Positions 15,914-25,109 of a DNA stretch of 64,000 bases are shown here, one piece after another (within the stretch, counting starts at the first letter, position 1; each line of letters begins with the position of its first letter). A program made the position numbers and the translations under genes. The stretch comes from Deltaproteobacteria bacterium GWC2_65_14 (lineage in GTDB: Bacteria; Desulfobacterota; Deferrimicrobia; Deferrimicrobiales; Deferrimicrobiaceae). The notes under the pieces are model-generated. The model saw only the letters and a program-made list of their open reading frames with translations. It made no database searches and had not been told where the DNA came from. The stretch covers positions 5,311 to 69,310 of the forward strand of contig MGPV01000022.1 of the NCBI GenBank assembly GCA_001797615.1, in the 5' to 3' direction.

Positions 15914-18652
15914 TCAGCCAAGCAGCCCCAAATTCCGGGCGCTGGCAATCGCCTCGGTGCGGTTGCTGACGTACAGCTTGCAGTAAAGCCGTTTCAGGTA
16001 CCACTTCACCGTCGTCTCGGAGAGAAAGAGTCGCTTGCCGATATCGCGGTTGCGCAGACCCCGGGAGAGCAGATCGAGGATCTGCACTTCCCTGTAGTGG
16101 AACGACTCCCGGGGCAGCCCCGTCGACGTTTCCCTGGAGACGGGGTCGCCTTCATCTCCAAGGGCCGAAAGGATCCCGGCCGCCGTCGCGCGCAGCCTCT
16201 CCCTGCTCTTGAGTTGCCTGAGGAACGGAATGATCTCTCTTCCCGCATTCACGAAGGGGCGAATGATTCCTTCCCCTTCGGCAAGGAACATTGCCTGTTC
16301 GAGCTTTGCCAGTCCCTTCTTCGAATTCCCCAGGCCGATCCATGCGGAACCCAGCAGGACGAGGACTTCGATGACGTTCCGTCCTCTTCCCGCGGTCCGG
16401 GCGCTGTTCAGGATCTTCCCGGACAGCCTGACGGCCCCGCTGAAATTCCGCTGGGCGATCAGAACAGAAAGGCGTTCGATCAGGAAGGACTCGTATTTTT
16501 CTGTGAAGACGGGTCGATCGATCACGTTCTGCCCGGCGAAGGCCGCCTCGGCGGCTTTCAGAAACGACGATGCCTTCTGGGGATCCGAAGCTTGTATAGC
16601 CATTCGAGATTCCAACAGGTCGGCGCGGAACGATACGCGATGGACGCTGTGCTCCCTCGCGATCTGTCGGGCCCGAGCGACATCGGCGGCGGCCAGATCG
16701 TCCCTTCCCAGCGCCAGCTTGGTGCGGGCACGCTCCACGAGAGCCACTCCGAGAAAACCGAATGCGTTGCTGGCTTCGAGAAATGCAATCGCCTCCGACA
16801 ACTCCTCGAGCGCCTCGTCCAGCCTGTTTTTTTCCTGGAGCACCAGGGCGAGCCCGTACCGCAGGAACGCCGCCCCCATGCTGCGCAGCCACAGCCGCTC
16901 CCGGGAGACTTCCAGGGACCCGCGGAAACTGGTTTCCGCAATGTTCGTGCGCCCCATGAGATAATTCACGATCCCGATGTTGAGCCTCGCCGTCAGGTTG
17001 ACCAGGGAGCTGTTCGCACGGTCGGATCCTTCGAGGGCCTCCTGAAAGTGCCGGAGCGCAAGAGGAAGGTTGCCCCCCACTCGGCTTGCATATCCCAACG
17101 TGATGGATGCGTAGCTGCGCAGTACCGACTCTTCGCTGGGGAAGATGGAGACGATCCCGGAGTGCAGCCCGGCAACGTCCGGCTCGTCCGTCTGGATGAT
17201 GCCGAGGACCGCTCGAAGTACCTTGAGCTCGGCGCCTGCCTGGATCGGGGCCTGCGCGGGAGAGGATTCCGGCCTTGACAGCGCCGCTTCCGCGCAGTCG
17301 ATGCGCAGCCTGGCGGCATCGAATTCGCCCAGGTAGGCAAGCGCCCAGGCGTGCAGCGTACACAGGACAGGGTATTGGCGAACTGTCTTGTCGGGGAGCT
17401 CGTCGATCCACCGGCGCAATTCCTTGAAATCCCCCTGGCGGAAAAGGTCCCGGCCCGTGGTTTCGAGCAGCCTGGCTGCCCGCTTGGACCTTTTCCCTGC
17501 GATCGCGTACCGTATTGCCTCGATGGGATAACCGTTCCTCTCGAACCAGTCGCCGGCGATGTCGTACAGGCCGGCACAATCTACGGAACGCTCGGCCCGC
17601 AGACGATTTCGCAGAAAATCGGCGAAGAGATGGTGGTACCGATACCAGATTCGCTGATCATCGAGAGAGAAGATGAAGAGATTCTTCTTTTCCAGCGTTT
17701 CCAGCATGCGCTGGCTGTCCTGCCGCCCGGTGAGCGTGTCGCACAGCGGAGCGGTCATCTGGTCCAGGATGGCCGTTTCCAAAAGGAAATTGCGGACCTT
17801 GGCAGGCTGCCGGCCATAGACCCCCTCCATGAGATAATCGGCGACGTTCCGTTGCGCTCCCGAGAGGCAGGTCGCGAATCCGTCGGCATCCGCCGCTTCG
17901 GAGAATGTCATGGCCGCAAGCTGCAGCCCGGTGATCCACCCCTCCGTTCGTTGGTTGAGAGCGCGGACCTGATCCTCGGACAATCGCAGCCGGCATACCT
18001 CATTGAGGTAGATTCGCGCCTCGTCGAGGTTGAACCGCAGATCCTTCCAGCGAATCTCGAGGACATCTCCCCGGCCACGAAGACGCTCGATGGACACCGG
18101 GGGATCCTTGCGGGTACCGATGACGAAGTGAACATTGACAGGGACGTATCGGAGCAGAAAATCCACGACGGCATGGATCGTTCGATCCCGGATTTCGTGG
18201 TAATCATCGAGAAACACCACGACCTTCGAATTCGTGCTGCCGAAGTCATGGATCAGGCTTGCAGCCACATCCGCAATCAGCACGTCCGGATTCACGGTGA
18301 GAAACTGAAGGGCCTCGTGGCCGAAGTCCGGCCGAACTTCCTGGACCGCGGAGATCAGGTGGGAGAGGAAACGGCGGGGTTCGTTGTCGAAGTCGTCGAG
18401 AGAGAGCCACGCGGTCGTCACAGGGTGCTTGCGAAGAGCCAGATACCATTCGGAAAGCATGGTGGTCTTCCCGGACCCCGCGGGCGCGGAGATCAGCACA
18501 AGTCGAAAGGGGTCGATCCTCGCCGGATCGAAGGAGAACCGCGGGCGCGGCAGATGACGGACCCCTTTCGAGGGCGGCCTCAGCTTGGTCGCCAAAGTCC
18601 GCCGGGTGGAACCTCTCCCGTGATCGTTAATCAGGCGATGGTCTACGGACAT
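15914..18652 (-). CDS. MalT-like LAL-family transcriptional regulator (STAND NTPase + TPR-like + C-terminal LuxR HTH)
   Basis: 912 aa; Walker A APAGSGKTT near N-terminus; C-terminal ...REVQILDLLSRGLRNRDIGKRLFLSETTVKWYLKRLYCKLYVSNRTEAI LuxR-type HTH. Confidence 0.85.
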   Translation of the reverse strand: MSVDHRLINDHGRGSTRRTLATKLRPPSKGVRHLPRPRFSFDPARIDPFRLVLISAPAGSGKTTMLSEWYLALRKHPVTTAWLSLDDFDNEPRRFLSHLISAVQEVRPDFGHEALQFLTVNPDVLIADVAASLIHDFGSTNSKVVVFLDDYHEIRDRTIHAVVDFLLRYVPVNVHFVIGTRKDPPVSIERLRGRGDVLEIRWKDLRFNLDEARIYLNEVCRLRLSEDQVRALNQRTEGWITGLQLAAMTFSEAADADGFATCLSGAQRNVADYLMEGVYGRQPAKVRNFLLETAILDQMTAPLCDTLTGRQDSQRMLETLEKKNLFIFSLDDQRIWYRYHHLFADFLRNRLRAERSVDCAGLYDIAGDWFERNGYPIEAIRYAIAGKRSKRAARLLETTGRDLFRQGDFKELRRWIDELPDKTVRQYPVLCTLHAWALAYLGEFDAARLRIDCAEAALSRPESSPAQAPIQAGAELKVLRAVLGIIQTDEPDVAGLHSGIVSIFPSEESVLRSYASITLGYASRVGGNLPLALRHFQEALEGSDRANSSLVNLTARLNIGIVNYLMGRTNIAETSFRGSLEVSRERLWLRSMGAAFLRYGLALVLQEKNRLDEALEELSEAIAFLEASNAFGFLGVALVERARTKLALGRDDLAAADVARARQIAREHSVHRVSFRADLLESRMAIQASDPQKASSFLKAAEAAFAGQNVIDRPVFTEKYESFLIERLSVLIAQRNFSGAVRLSGKILNSARTAGRGRNVIEVLVLLGSAWIGLGNSKKGLAKLEQAMFLAEGEGIIRPFVNAGREIIPFLRQLKSRERLRATAAGILSALGDEGDPVSRETSTGLPRESFHYREVQILDLLSRGLRNRDIGKRLFLSETTVKWYLKRLYCKLYVSNRTEAIASARNLGLLG

Positions 18653-18874
18653 GCCTCTTCCCGATGACGGCGGTTCGTGAAGAGAAACACGGAAAAGCGA
18701 TGAGCCGCCATTTGGGTCCGGGAACCATCTCCTGGTGATCCACGACCGGAACCACGGTTTCGGTGTCGGCCCACCGCGTACTCACCCATTCAAGGGAAGG
18801 AATTCCTGAAGAGGACAGGAATACGAAGGGCCCCTTTCAGGGCATTCCGTTGCCCGAAACGGCGTTTTAAAAAC

Positions 18875-18903
18875 ATGATACTCGATTCTCTCGTTTTTAT
18901 CAA
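18875..18903 (-). promoter_or_regulatory. sigma70-like promoter TTGATA-N17-TATCAT for the MalT-like regulator
   Basis: Reverse complement of 18875-18903 = TTGATAaaaacgagagaatcgagTATCAT; AT-rich island in GC-rich DNA; about 225-nt leader to ATG 18652. Confidence 0.55.
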
Positions 18904-18993
18904 CGGACACGGCTTTACGGACACGGCTTTACACGGACACGGCTTTACACGACACGGCTTTCACGGACACGGCTTTCACCCCGCATCGCTGCG
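18904..18993. repeat. tandem 15-bp repeat array B (about 5 units ACGGACACGGCTTT(C)AC) followed by 15-bp direct repeat ccccgcatcgctgcg (18979-18993)
   Basis: acggacacggcttt / acggacacggctttac / acggacacggctttacacg / acacggctttc / acggacacggctttcac then ccccgcatcgctgcg; same unit and same 15-mer as at 2907-2995. Confidence 0.85.
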
Positions 18994-19188
18994 CGGTCCC
19001 GGGCCTTGCGCCATCACGACGGGGCGCACGATTCCGGCGGAGCCGTCGGCGTGCGCCGCGGTGGCGCGCCCCGGCCGGCAAGCGGCTGTGAGCGACGGAG
19101 CCGTTTCCGTGGCCTCCTTTACTTGGCCGGGGGGGTTACAGTACACTTTCCGGGGGATCGTCCATCCCTCCCGTTGCGAGGTGCCCGT

Positions 19189-20304
19189 TTGGGTAGACCC
19201 ACTGTGGCCGAGATCGACCTGTCGGCCCTCCGCCACAACTACCGGCTCCTTCGGTCCCTCCTTCCGCACGGCACCTCCGTGTTCGCCGTCGTGAAGGCGG
19301 ACGGATACGGGCACGGGGCGTTTCCCGTGGCGAAGGCGCTGGCCGAGGAAGGGGCCAGGATGTTCGGGGTCGCCACGGTCGAGGAGGGGGTGGAGCTCCG
19401 GCGGGCCGGGATCCAGGCTCCGATCGTGGTGCTCGGCGGCGTGGACGAACTGCAGGCGGAGGAGGCCCATGCGCACTCTCTTTCCGCGGCCCTCTTCGAG
19501 CGGGGGCAGGTCGGGTATCTCGCGCGGGAAGGGGAGAGGCGGGGGAAGCCGTTCCCGGTCCACATCAAGATCGACACGGGGATGGGCCGGCTCGGCTTCC
19601 GGACGGGGAAGGAGAGGGAGATCGTGGAGGCGGTGGCGGCCCGTCCGGCTCTCCGGGTCGAGGGGTTCATGACGCACCTCTCCTCGGCCGACGGGACGGA
19701 GGAGGAGGACCGGCTGTTCACCCGCGCGCAGCTGGACTCCTTCGCGCGGGAGATCCCGCTGGTGCGCCGGACCTTCGGGGAGGCGGTCAGCGCGCACGCC
19801 TTGAACAGCGCGGGGATCCTCCGCTACCGGGAGTTCGCGTTCGACATGGTCCGGCCGGGGATCACCCTGTACGGAAGCCTTCCCGCGGAGGGGATCGGCG
19901 GGGAGCTCGGTCTTCGCCCTGTGATGCGCCTGGTCACCCGGGTGGTTTCCCTCAAGGATCTCCCGGACGGCCATCCGGTAAGCTACGGGAGGCGGTACCG
20001 CTGCGGGGGGACGCGGCGGATCGCGGCCATCCCCCTGGGCTACGCGGACGGCTACCGCCGGACCTTTTCCGACGCGGCGCAGATGTCGGTCCTGGGCCGG
20101 AGGGCGCCGGTCGCCGGCAGGGTGTGCATGGACCACACGATGATCGACGTGACCGGTATCCCGGGCGTGTCCGTGGGGACCGATGTCGTCGCGATGGGGG
20201 GGGAGGGGCCCTCGGCCGACGAACTGGCCCGGATCGCCGGCACCATTCCGTACGAGATCCTGGTCCAGGTCGGGCGCCGGATCCCGAGGAGGTGCATTGG
20301 CTGA
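19189..20304 (+). CDS. alr: alanine racemase
   Basis: 371 aa from TTG 19189: (M)GRPTVAEIDLSALRHNYRLL...AVVKADGYGHG (PLP-lysine motif)... Confidence 0.85.
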   Translation: MGRPTVAEIDLSALRHNYRLLRSLLPHGTSVFAVVKADGYGHGAFPVAKALAEEGARMFGVATVEEGVELRRAGIQAPIVVLGGVDELQAEEAHAHSLSAALFERGQVGYLAREGERRGKPFPVHIKIDTGMGRLGFRTGKEREIVEAVAARPALRVEGFMTHLSSADGTEEEDRLFTRAQLDSFAREIPLVRRTFGEAVSAHALNSAGILRYREFAFDMVRPGITLYGSLPAEGIGGELGLRPVMRLVTRVVSLKDLPDGHPVSYGRRYRCGGTRRIAAIPLGYADGYRRTFSDAAQMSVLGRRAPVAGRVCMDHTMIDVTGIPGVSVGTDVVAMGGEGPSADELARIAGTIPYEILVQVGRRIPRRCIG

Positions 20305-21094
20305 CGGGAAGACGCCGAAAGGGCTCGCGGTCCTGCTCGAACGGCTCGGGACCCGCGTGTTCCGGATGGTCGAGGACCTCGGGGGGATCTTCCGGCTCTT
20401 CCTCCAGTGCGCCGTCTGGACCTTCCGCCCCCCTTCCGAGATCCGGAACATCGTCAAGCAGATGGAGGAGGTCGGGATCCATTCCCTGCCGGTCGTGCTC
20501 GTGACCGCCACATTCACGGGGATGGTGATCGCCCTCCAGAGCTTCTCCGGCTTCCAGCGCTTCCAGGCGACCAGCTTCGTCGGATCGGTGGTCGCCCTCT
20601 CGATCACCCGGGAGCTGGGCCCCGTCTTCGCCGGACTCATGGTGTCGGGGCGGGTGGGGGCCTCCATGGCGGCCGAGCTGGGGACGATGAAGGTCACGGA
20701 GCAGATCGACGCCCTGGTGACGCTGGCCACCAACCCGGTGAAATACCTCGTCGTCCCCCGCGTGGTGGCGTCGACCCTCGTCCTGCCGGTCCTGGTGATC
20801 TTCGCCGACCTGGTGGGCATCCTCGGCGGCTACTTCGTGTCGGTCTATCTCCTGGGCGCGAACCCCTACGTGTACACGGAGAAGACCTTCCAGTACCTGG
20901 AGCTGCGGGACATCTACACGGGGCTGGCCAAGGCGGCGGTCTTCGGGTTCCTGATCGCGCTGATCTCCTGCTACCACGGCTTCATCGCCGAGGGAGGGGC
21001 GGAAGGGGTCGGCCGGGCGACGACCCGCGCGGTGGTGGCTTCCTCGATGATGGTCCTGGTGTCCGACTACTTCATGACCTCCTTCATGTTCTAA
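20297..21094 (+). CDS. mlaE: MlaE-type ABC transporter permease
   Basis: 265 aa from TTG 20297 (AGGAGG upstream, overlaps alr stop); ...IHSLPVVLVTATFTGMVIALQS... MlaE/Ttg2B family. Confidence 0.8.
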   Translation: MADGKTPKGLAVLLERLGTRVFRMVEDLGGIFRLFLQCAVWTFRPPSEIRNIVKQMEEVGIHSLPVVLVTATFTGMVIALQSFSGFQRFQATSFVGSVVALSITRELGPVFAGLMVSGRVGASMAAELGTMKVTEQIDALVTLATNPVKYLVVPRVVASTLVLPVLVIFADLVGILGGYFVSVYLLGANPYVYTEKTFQYLELRDIYTGLAKAAVFGFLIALISCYHGFIAEGGAEGVGRATTRAVVASSMMVLVSDYFMTSFMF

Positions 21095-21106
21095 AGGGGA
21101 CCGAGG

Positions 21107-21913
21107 GTGATCGAGATCCGGGGGCTCTGCAAGCGGTTCGGAAAGAACGTCGTCCTGGACGGGGTCGACCTGGACGTCCCCCGGGGGAAGAACACCGTGG
21201 TCATCGGGGGAAGCGGCACCGGGAAGTCGGTCCTGATCAAGTGCGTGGTGGGACTGCTGCGCGCGGACGCCGGGCAGATCCGGATCGACGGGGAGGACGT
21301 GACCTCGATGGACGAGCGGGAGCTGGTCCGGGTCCGCCGGAAGTTCGGGATGCTGTTCCAGGGGTCGGCCCTCTTCGACTCGATGAACGTGGGGGACAAC
21401 GTGGCCTTCTCCCTGCGGCGGCTGCATAACTACCCGGAGCGGCAGGTCCGGGACGTCGTGGGGGAGAGGCTCGCGATGGTCGGGCTGCGGGACATCCAGC
21501 ACCTGATGCCGGCGGAGCTGTCGGGCGGGATGAAGAAGCGGGTGGGGCTGGCCCGGGCGATCGCATCGGAGCCGGAGATCCTGCTGTACGACGAGCCGAC
21601 GACGGGGCTCGACCCGATCATGGCCGACGTGATCAACGACCTGATCATCTCCCTGCGGGAGTCGCTGGGGGTGACTTCCATCTCGATCACGCACGACATG
21701 GCCTCCGCCTACAAGATCGCGGACCAGATCGCGATGCTGTATAAGGGAAGGATCGTCGAGGTGGGCACGCCCGAGCGGATCCGCGCCTCGGAGAACCCGG
21801 TCGTGTCCCAGTTCGTCGAGGGCCGGGCGCAGGGGCCCATCACGGCGGAGCACGAGGAGTTCATCCGGTTCGTCCGCCGGACGGACGACGCGGGGGCGCC
21901 AGGAGGGGAATGA
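21107..21913 (+). CDS. mlaF: MlaF-type ABC transporter ATP-binding protein
   Basis: MIEIRGLCKRFGKNVVLDGVDLDVPRGKNTVVIGGSGTGKSVL (Walker A), LSGGMKKRVGLARA (signature). Confidence 0.9.
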   Translation: MIEIRGLCKRFGKNVVLDGVDLDVPRGKNTVVIGGSGTGKSVLIKCVVGLLRADAGQIRIDGEDVTSMDERELVRVRRKFGMLFQGSALFDSMNVGDNVAFSLRRLHNYPERQVRDVVGERLAMVGLRDIQHLMPAELSGGMKKRVGLARAIASEPEILLYDEPTTGLDPIMADVINDLIISLRESLGVTSISITHDMASAYKIADQIAMLYKGRIVEVGTPERIRASENPVVSQFVEGRAQGPITAEHEEFIRFVRRTDDAGAPGGE

Positions 21914-23427
21914 TGTCGAAAGAAGCGAAGGTGGGGATCTTCGTCCTGCTGGGACTGGTTGTCCTCACCTATTTCACCTTCCGGGTCAGCAAGTGGGGAG
22001 GGATCGGGGAGCAGGGGTACAAGCTCACCGTGGACTTCGAGACCGCCGCCGGCCTGGAGCCGAAGGCGAACGTCAAGATGGCCGGGGTTCCGGTGGGGAA
22101 GCTCGAGGAGATTCTGCTGGTGGAGAACCGGGCTCGCCTGGTGCTCCGGGTCCAGGACGGCGTCCGCATCCCGGTGGACTCCATCGCCTCGATCCAGACC
22201 CAGGGGCTTCTCGGGGAAAAATACGTGGAGATCCTTCCGGGGCGGAACGCCGAGCAGTTCCTTCCGGAGGGCGGCCGGGTGGCGAACACGATCCCCCCCG
22301 CGAACCTGGACGAGATCATCCGGAAGGTCTCGCTGATCTCCGAGGACCTGAAGAAGTTCACCGAGACCCTTTCCATGACCTTCGGGACCGAGGAGGGGCG
22401 GAAGGCGATGTCGGACATCCTCCGGAACGTCCAGGAGACCACGGAGGTACTCCGGGCGGTCGTGACGGCGAACGAGGAGCGGCTGAACCGGATCCTCGTG
22501 AACGTCGACGTCCTCTCCGCGGACCTCAAGGAGATCTCCTCGGCGAACAAGGAGGACCTGCGCGCGACGATCTCCAACCTGCGGGCCTTCTCCGAGACGC
22601 TCAAGAACGAGACCCCCGGCCTGGCGAAGAACCTCCAGGAGATGGGCGAGCGGGTGAGCGGGCTGATCGGGGAAAACCGGGAGAACATCAAGGCCAGCAT
22701 CGAGAACCTGAAGAGCGCCTCCGCAAAGCTGGACAACACGCTGGACTCCGCGGGCAGGGTCCTCGCCCGGATCGACCGGGGGGAGGGAACGCTCGGCAAG
22801 CTGGTGACCGACAACACGGCCCACGAATCGCTCACCCGGACGCTGGACGGGATCAACAGGTTCGTGCGGAAGACCGAGTCGTTGAAGACCTTCCTCGACT
22901 ACCGGCTCGAGTTCCAGAGCGAGCCCTCCGAGTTCAAGCACTACGCGAACCTCCGCCTGCAGCCCTCCGCCGACAAGTACTACCTCGTCGGGGTCGTGGA
23001 CGACCCGCGGGGGAAGTTCGACTCCTCGGTTACGACGACCACGACGGGCGGGACCGCGGTGACCACGAGAACGGAATCCTTCACGAACGAACTGAAGTTC
23101 TCCGCGCAGGTCGCCAAGCGGTTCTCCGGCCTCACCATCCGGGGAGGGGTGATCGAGTCCACGGGGGGGGTGGGGCTCGACTACGAGCTGTTGAAGGACC
23201 GCCTGACCCTCGGGGTGGACGCCTACGACTTCACCCGGAAAGACCAACCTCCCCATTTGAAGCTGTTCGGCAACTATGATATCGTGAAAAACCTTTTCGT
23301 GACGGGCGGCGTGGACGACCTCCTCAACGACGAGAAGAACCTGCGGACCTTCTTTTTCGGGTTCGGGATCAAGTTCGCGGACGAGGACTTGAAGACTCTC
23401 CTGGGGGCCGTCACGGTCAGCCCATAA
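21910..23427 (+). CDS. mlaD: MCE/MlaD-family substrate-binding protein with long C-terminal extension
   Basis: 505 aa; N-terminal TM + MCE domain (YKLTVDFETAAGLEPKANVKMAGVPVGKLEEI), then about 350 aa coiled-coil/beta-rich extension; overlaps mlaF stop. Confidence 0.75.
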   Translation: MMSKEAKVGIFVLLGLVVLTYFTFRVSKWGGIGEQGYKLTVDFETAAGLEPKANVKMAGVPVGKLEEILLVENRARLVLRVQDGVRIPVDSIASIQTQGLLGEKYVEILPGRNAEQFLPEGGRVANTIPPANLDEIIRKVSLISEDLKKFTETLSMTFGTEEGRKAMSDILRNVQETTEVLRAVVTANEERLNRILVNVDVLSADLKEISSANKEDLRATISNLRAFSETLKNETPGLAKNLQEMGERVSGLIGENRENIKASIENLKSASAKLDNTLDSAGRVLARIDRGEGTLGKLVTDNTAHESLTRTLDGINRFVRKTESLKTFLDYRLEFQSEPSEFKHYANLRLQPSADKYYLVGVVDDPRGKFDSSVTTTTTGGTAVTTRTESFTNELKFSAQVAKRFSGLTIRGGVIESTGGVGLDYELLKDRLTLGVDAYDFTRKDQPPHLKLFGNYDIVKNLFVTGGVDDLLNDEKNLRTFFFGFGIKFADEDLKTLLGAVTVSP

Positions 23428-23475
23428 CCGTTCGTTCATCCCATCCTGCGGTTCGGAAAGAAAGGGTAAGGGGCC

Positions 23476-25038
23476 ATGGCGAGAATCCATCGGGCGATCC
23501 TGAGCGTTTCCGACAAGGCCGGGATCGTGGAGTTCGCGCGCGGGCTCTCCCGCCTTGGGGTCGAGCTGTTCGGCTCCGGCGGGACCGCGCGGATGCTCCG
23601 CGAGAAGAAGATCCGGGTCCGGCTGATCGAGGAGTACACGGGGTTCCCGGAGATGCTCGACGGCCGGGTCAAGACGCTGAATCCGAAGATCCACGGGGGG
23701 ATCCTCGCGGTCCGGGGAAACCCCGCGCACATGCGGACGATCCAGGCGCACGGCATCGTTCCCTTCGACATGCTGGTGGTGAACCTCTATCCCTTCGAGG
23801 CGACGGTGGCCCGGCCCGGATGCACGCCGGAGGAGGCGATCGAGAACATCGACATCGGCGGCCCGGCGATGGTCCGCTCGGCTGCGAAGAACTTCCGGGA
23901 CGTGGCGGTGGTCACCGATCCCGCCGACTACCGGCAGATCCTCGAGCGGCTGAGGAAGGGGAACGGGAGCCTCGACCCGGAGACCCACGCCGAGCTGGGA
24001 CGGAAGGCCTTCGCCCTCACCGCCCGCTACGACGCGGCCGTCTCGAACCATCTCGGCGGCGGGGGCGGGGAGGGGGCCGCGTTCCCGGCGACCTTCACGG
24101 CGCAGTGGCGCAGGGTCCAGTCGCTCCGGTACGGGGAGAACCCCCACCAGGCCGCCGCCTTCTACACGGATGTCCGCCTGCCGGACGAGCCGTCGCTGGG
24201 AGGGGCGCGCCAGCTCCAGGGGAAGGAGCTTTCCTACAACAACATCGTGGACATCGACGCGGCGCTCCAGCTCGCCCTGGAGTTCCGGGAGCCGGCCGCC
24301 GTGATCATCAAGCACACCAACCCCTGCGGGGTGGGGACCTCCGGGCGCAGGCTCCTGGACGCCTTCAAGAAGGCGAGGGCGTGCGACCCGGTCTCCGCCT
24401 ACGGCGGCGTCATCGGGTTCAACCGGCCGGTGAACCGGGAAACGGCGCAGGAGGTGGCCGGCACCTTCTTCGAGGCGGTCGTCGCCCCCTCCTACGACCG
24501 GGAGGCCCGCAAAATCCTCGCGGCGAAGGGGAACCTCCGGCTGATGGAGACGGGGTGCGAGTTCCGGTGGGGGCGGGATGCGGAGTGGGAGATGAAGCGG
24601 GTCAGCGGGGGGCTGCTGCTCCAGAGCCGGGACCGGCACCTGCTCGATCCGGCGGACCTCAAGGTGGTGACGAAGCGGCCTCCCACCGCCGGGGAGCGGA
24701 CCGCGCTGCTCTTTGCCTGGAAGGTCTGCAAGCATGTGAAGTCGAACGCCATCGTCTTCGCCCTGAAGGACCGGACGGTGGGAGTGGGGGCGGGGCAGAT
24801 GAGCCGGGTCGATTCCGCCAGGATCGCGGTGATGAAGGCCCAGCTTCCGACCCGCGGGACGGTGGTGGCCTCGGACGCCTTCTTCCCGTTCCGGGACGGG
24901 CTCGACGTGGCCGCGGAGGCGGGGGCGACCGCGGTCATCCAGCCCGGCGGATCGGTCCGCGACGCGGAGGTGATCGCGGCGGCGGACGGGCACGGGATGG
25001 CGATGGTGTTCGCGGGAGTGCGGCATTTCCGGCATTGA
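23476..25038 (+). CDS. purH: bifunctional AICAR formyltransferase / IMP cyclohydrolase
   Basis: 520 aa MARIHRAILSVSDKAGIVEFARGL... Confidence 0.95.
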   Translation: MARIHRAILSVSDKAGIVEFARGLSRLGVELFGSGGTARMLREKKIRVRLIEEYTGFPEMLDGRVKTLNPKIHGGILAVRGNPAHMRTIQAHGIVPFDMLVVNLYPFEATVARPGCTPEEAIENIDIGGPAMVRSAAKNFRDVAVVTDPADYRQILERLRKGNGSLDPETHAELGRKAFALTARYDAAVSNHLGGGGGEGAAFPATFTAQWRRVQSLRYGENPHQAAAFYTDVRLPDEPSLGGARQLQGKELSYNNIVDIDAALQLALEFREPAAVIIKHTNPCGVGTSGRRLLDAFKKARACDPVSAYGGVIGFNRPVNRETAQEVAGTFFEAVVAPSYDREARKILAAKGNLRLMETGCEFRWGRDAEWEMKRVSGGLLLQSRDRHLLDPADLKVVTKRPPTAGERTALLFAWKVCKHVKSNAIVFALKDRTVGVGAGQMSRVDSARIAVMKAQLPTRGTVVASDAFFPFRDGLDVAAEAGATAVIQPGGSVRDAEVIAAADGHGMAMVFAGVRHFRH

Positions 25039-25109
25039 TGGGCGGGGACACTCCTCGCGATATGAAGCACAAAACCAGGAATGTCCCCGGTTAGAACAGG
25101 AGGGAGCGC

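Noticed and set aside
18875-19294. 139-aa ORF translating array B into a His-Gly-Phe repeat peptide (NGHGFTDTALHGHGFTRHGFHGHGFH)
   Set aside because: The periodicity is forced by the 15-nt (5-codon) repeat in any frame. There is no RBS; it overlaps the regulator promoter and the alr start. A similar peptide appears from array A in a different context. It is an artefact of the repeat.
21709-25035. 1108-aa minus-strand ORF antisense to mlaF/mlaD/purH, and similar giant ORFs (43219-47535, 52042-55302, 9805-11472)
   Set aside because: Antisense to well-supported conserved genes (PurH, FtsK, GlgP, ComM/TgpA). Translations are Arg/Gly/Pro-rich low-complexity with no motifs. They are GC-driven stop-codon depletion artefacts.
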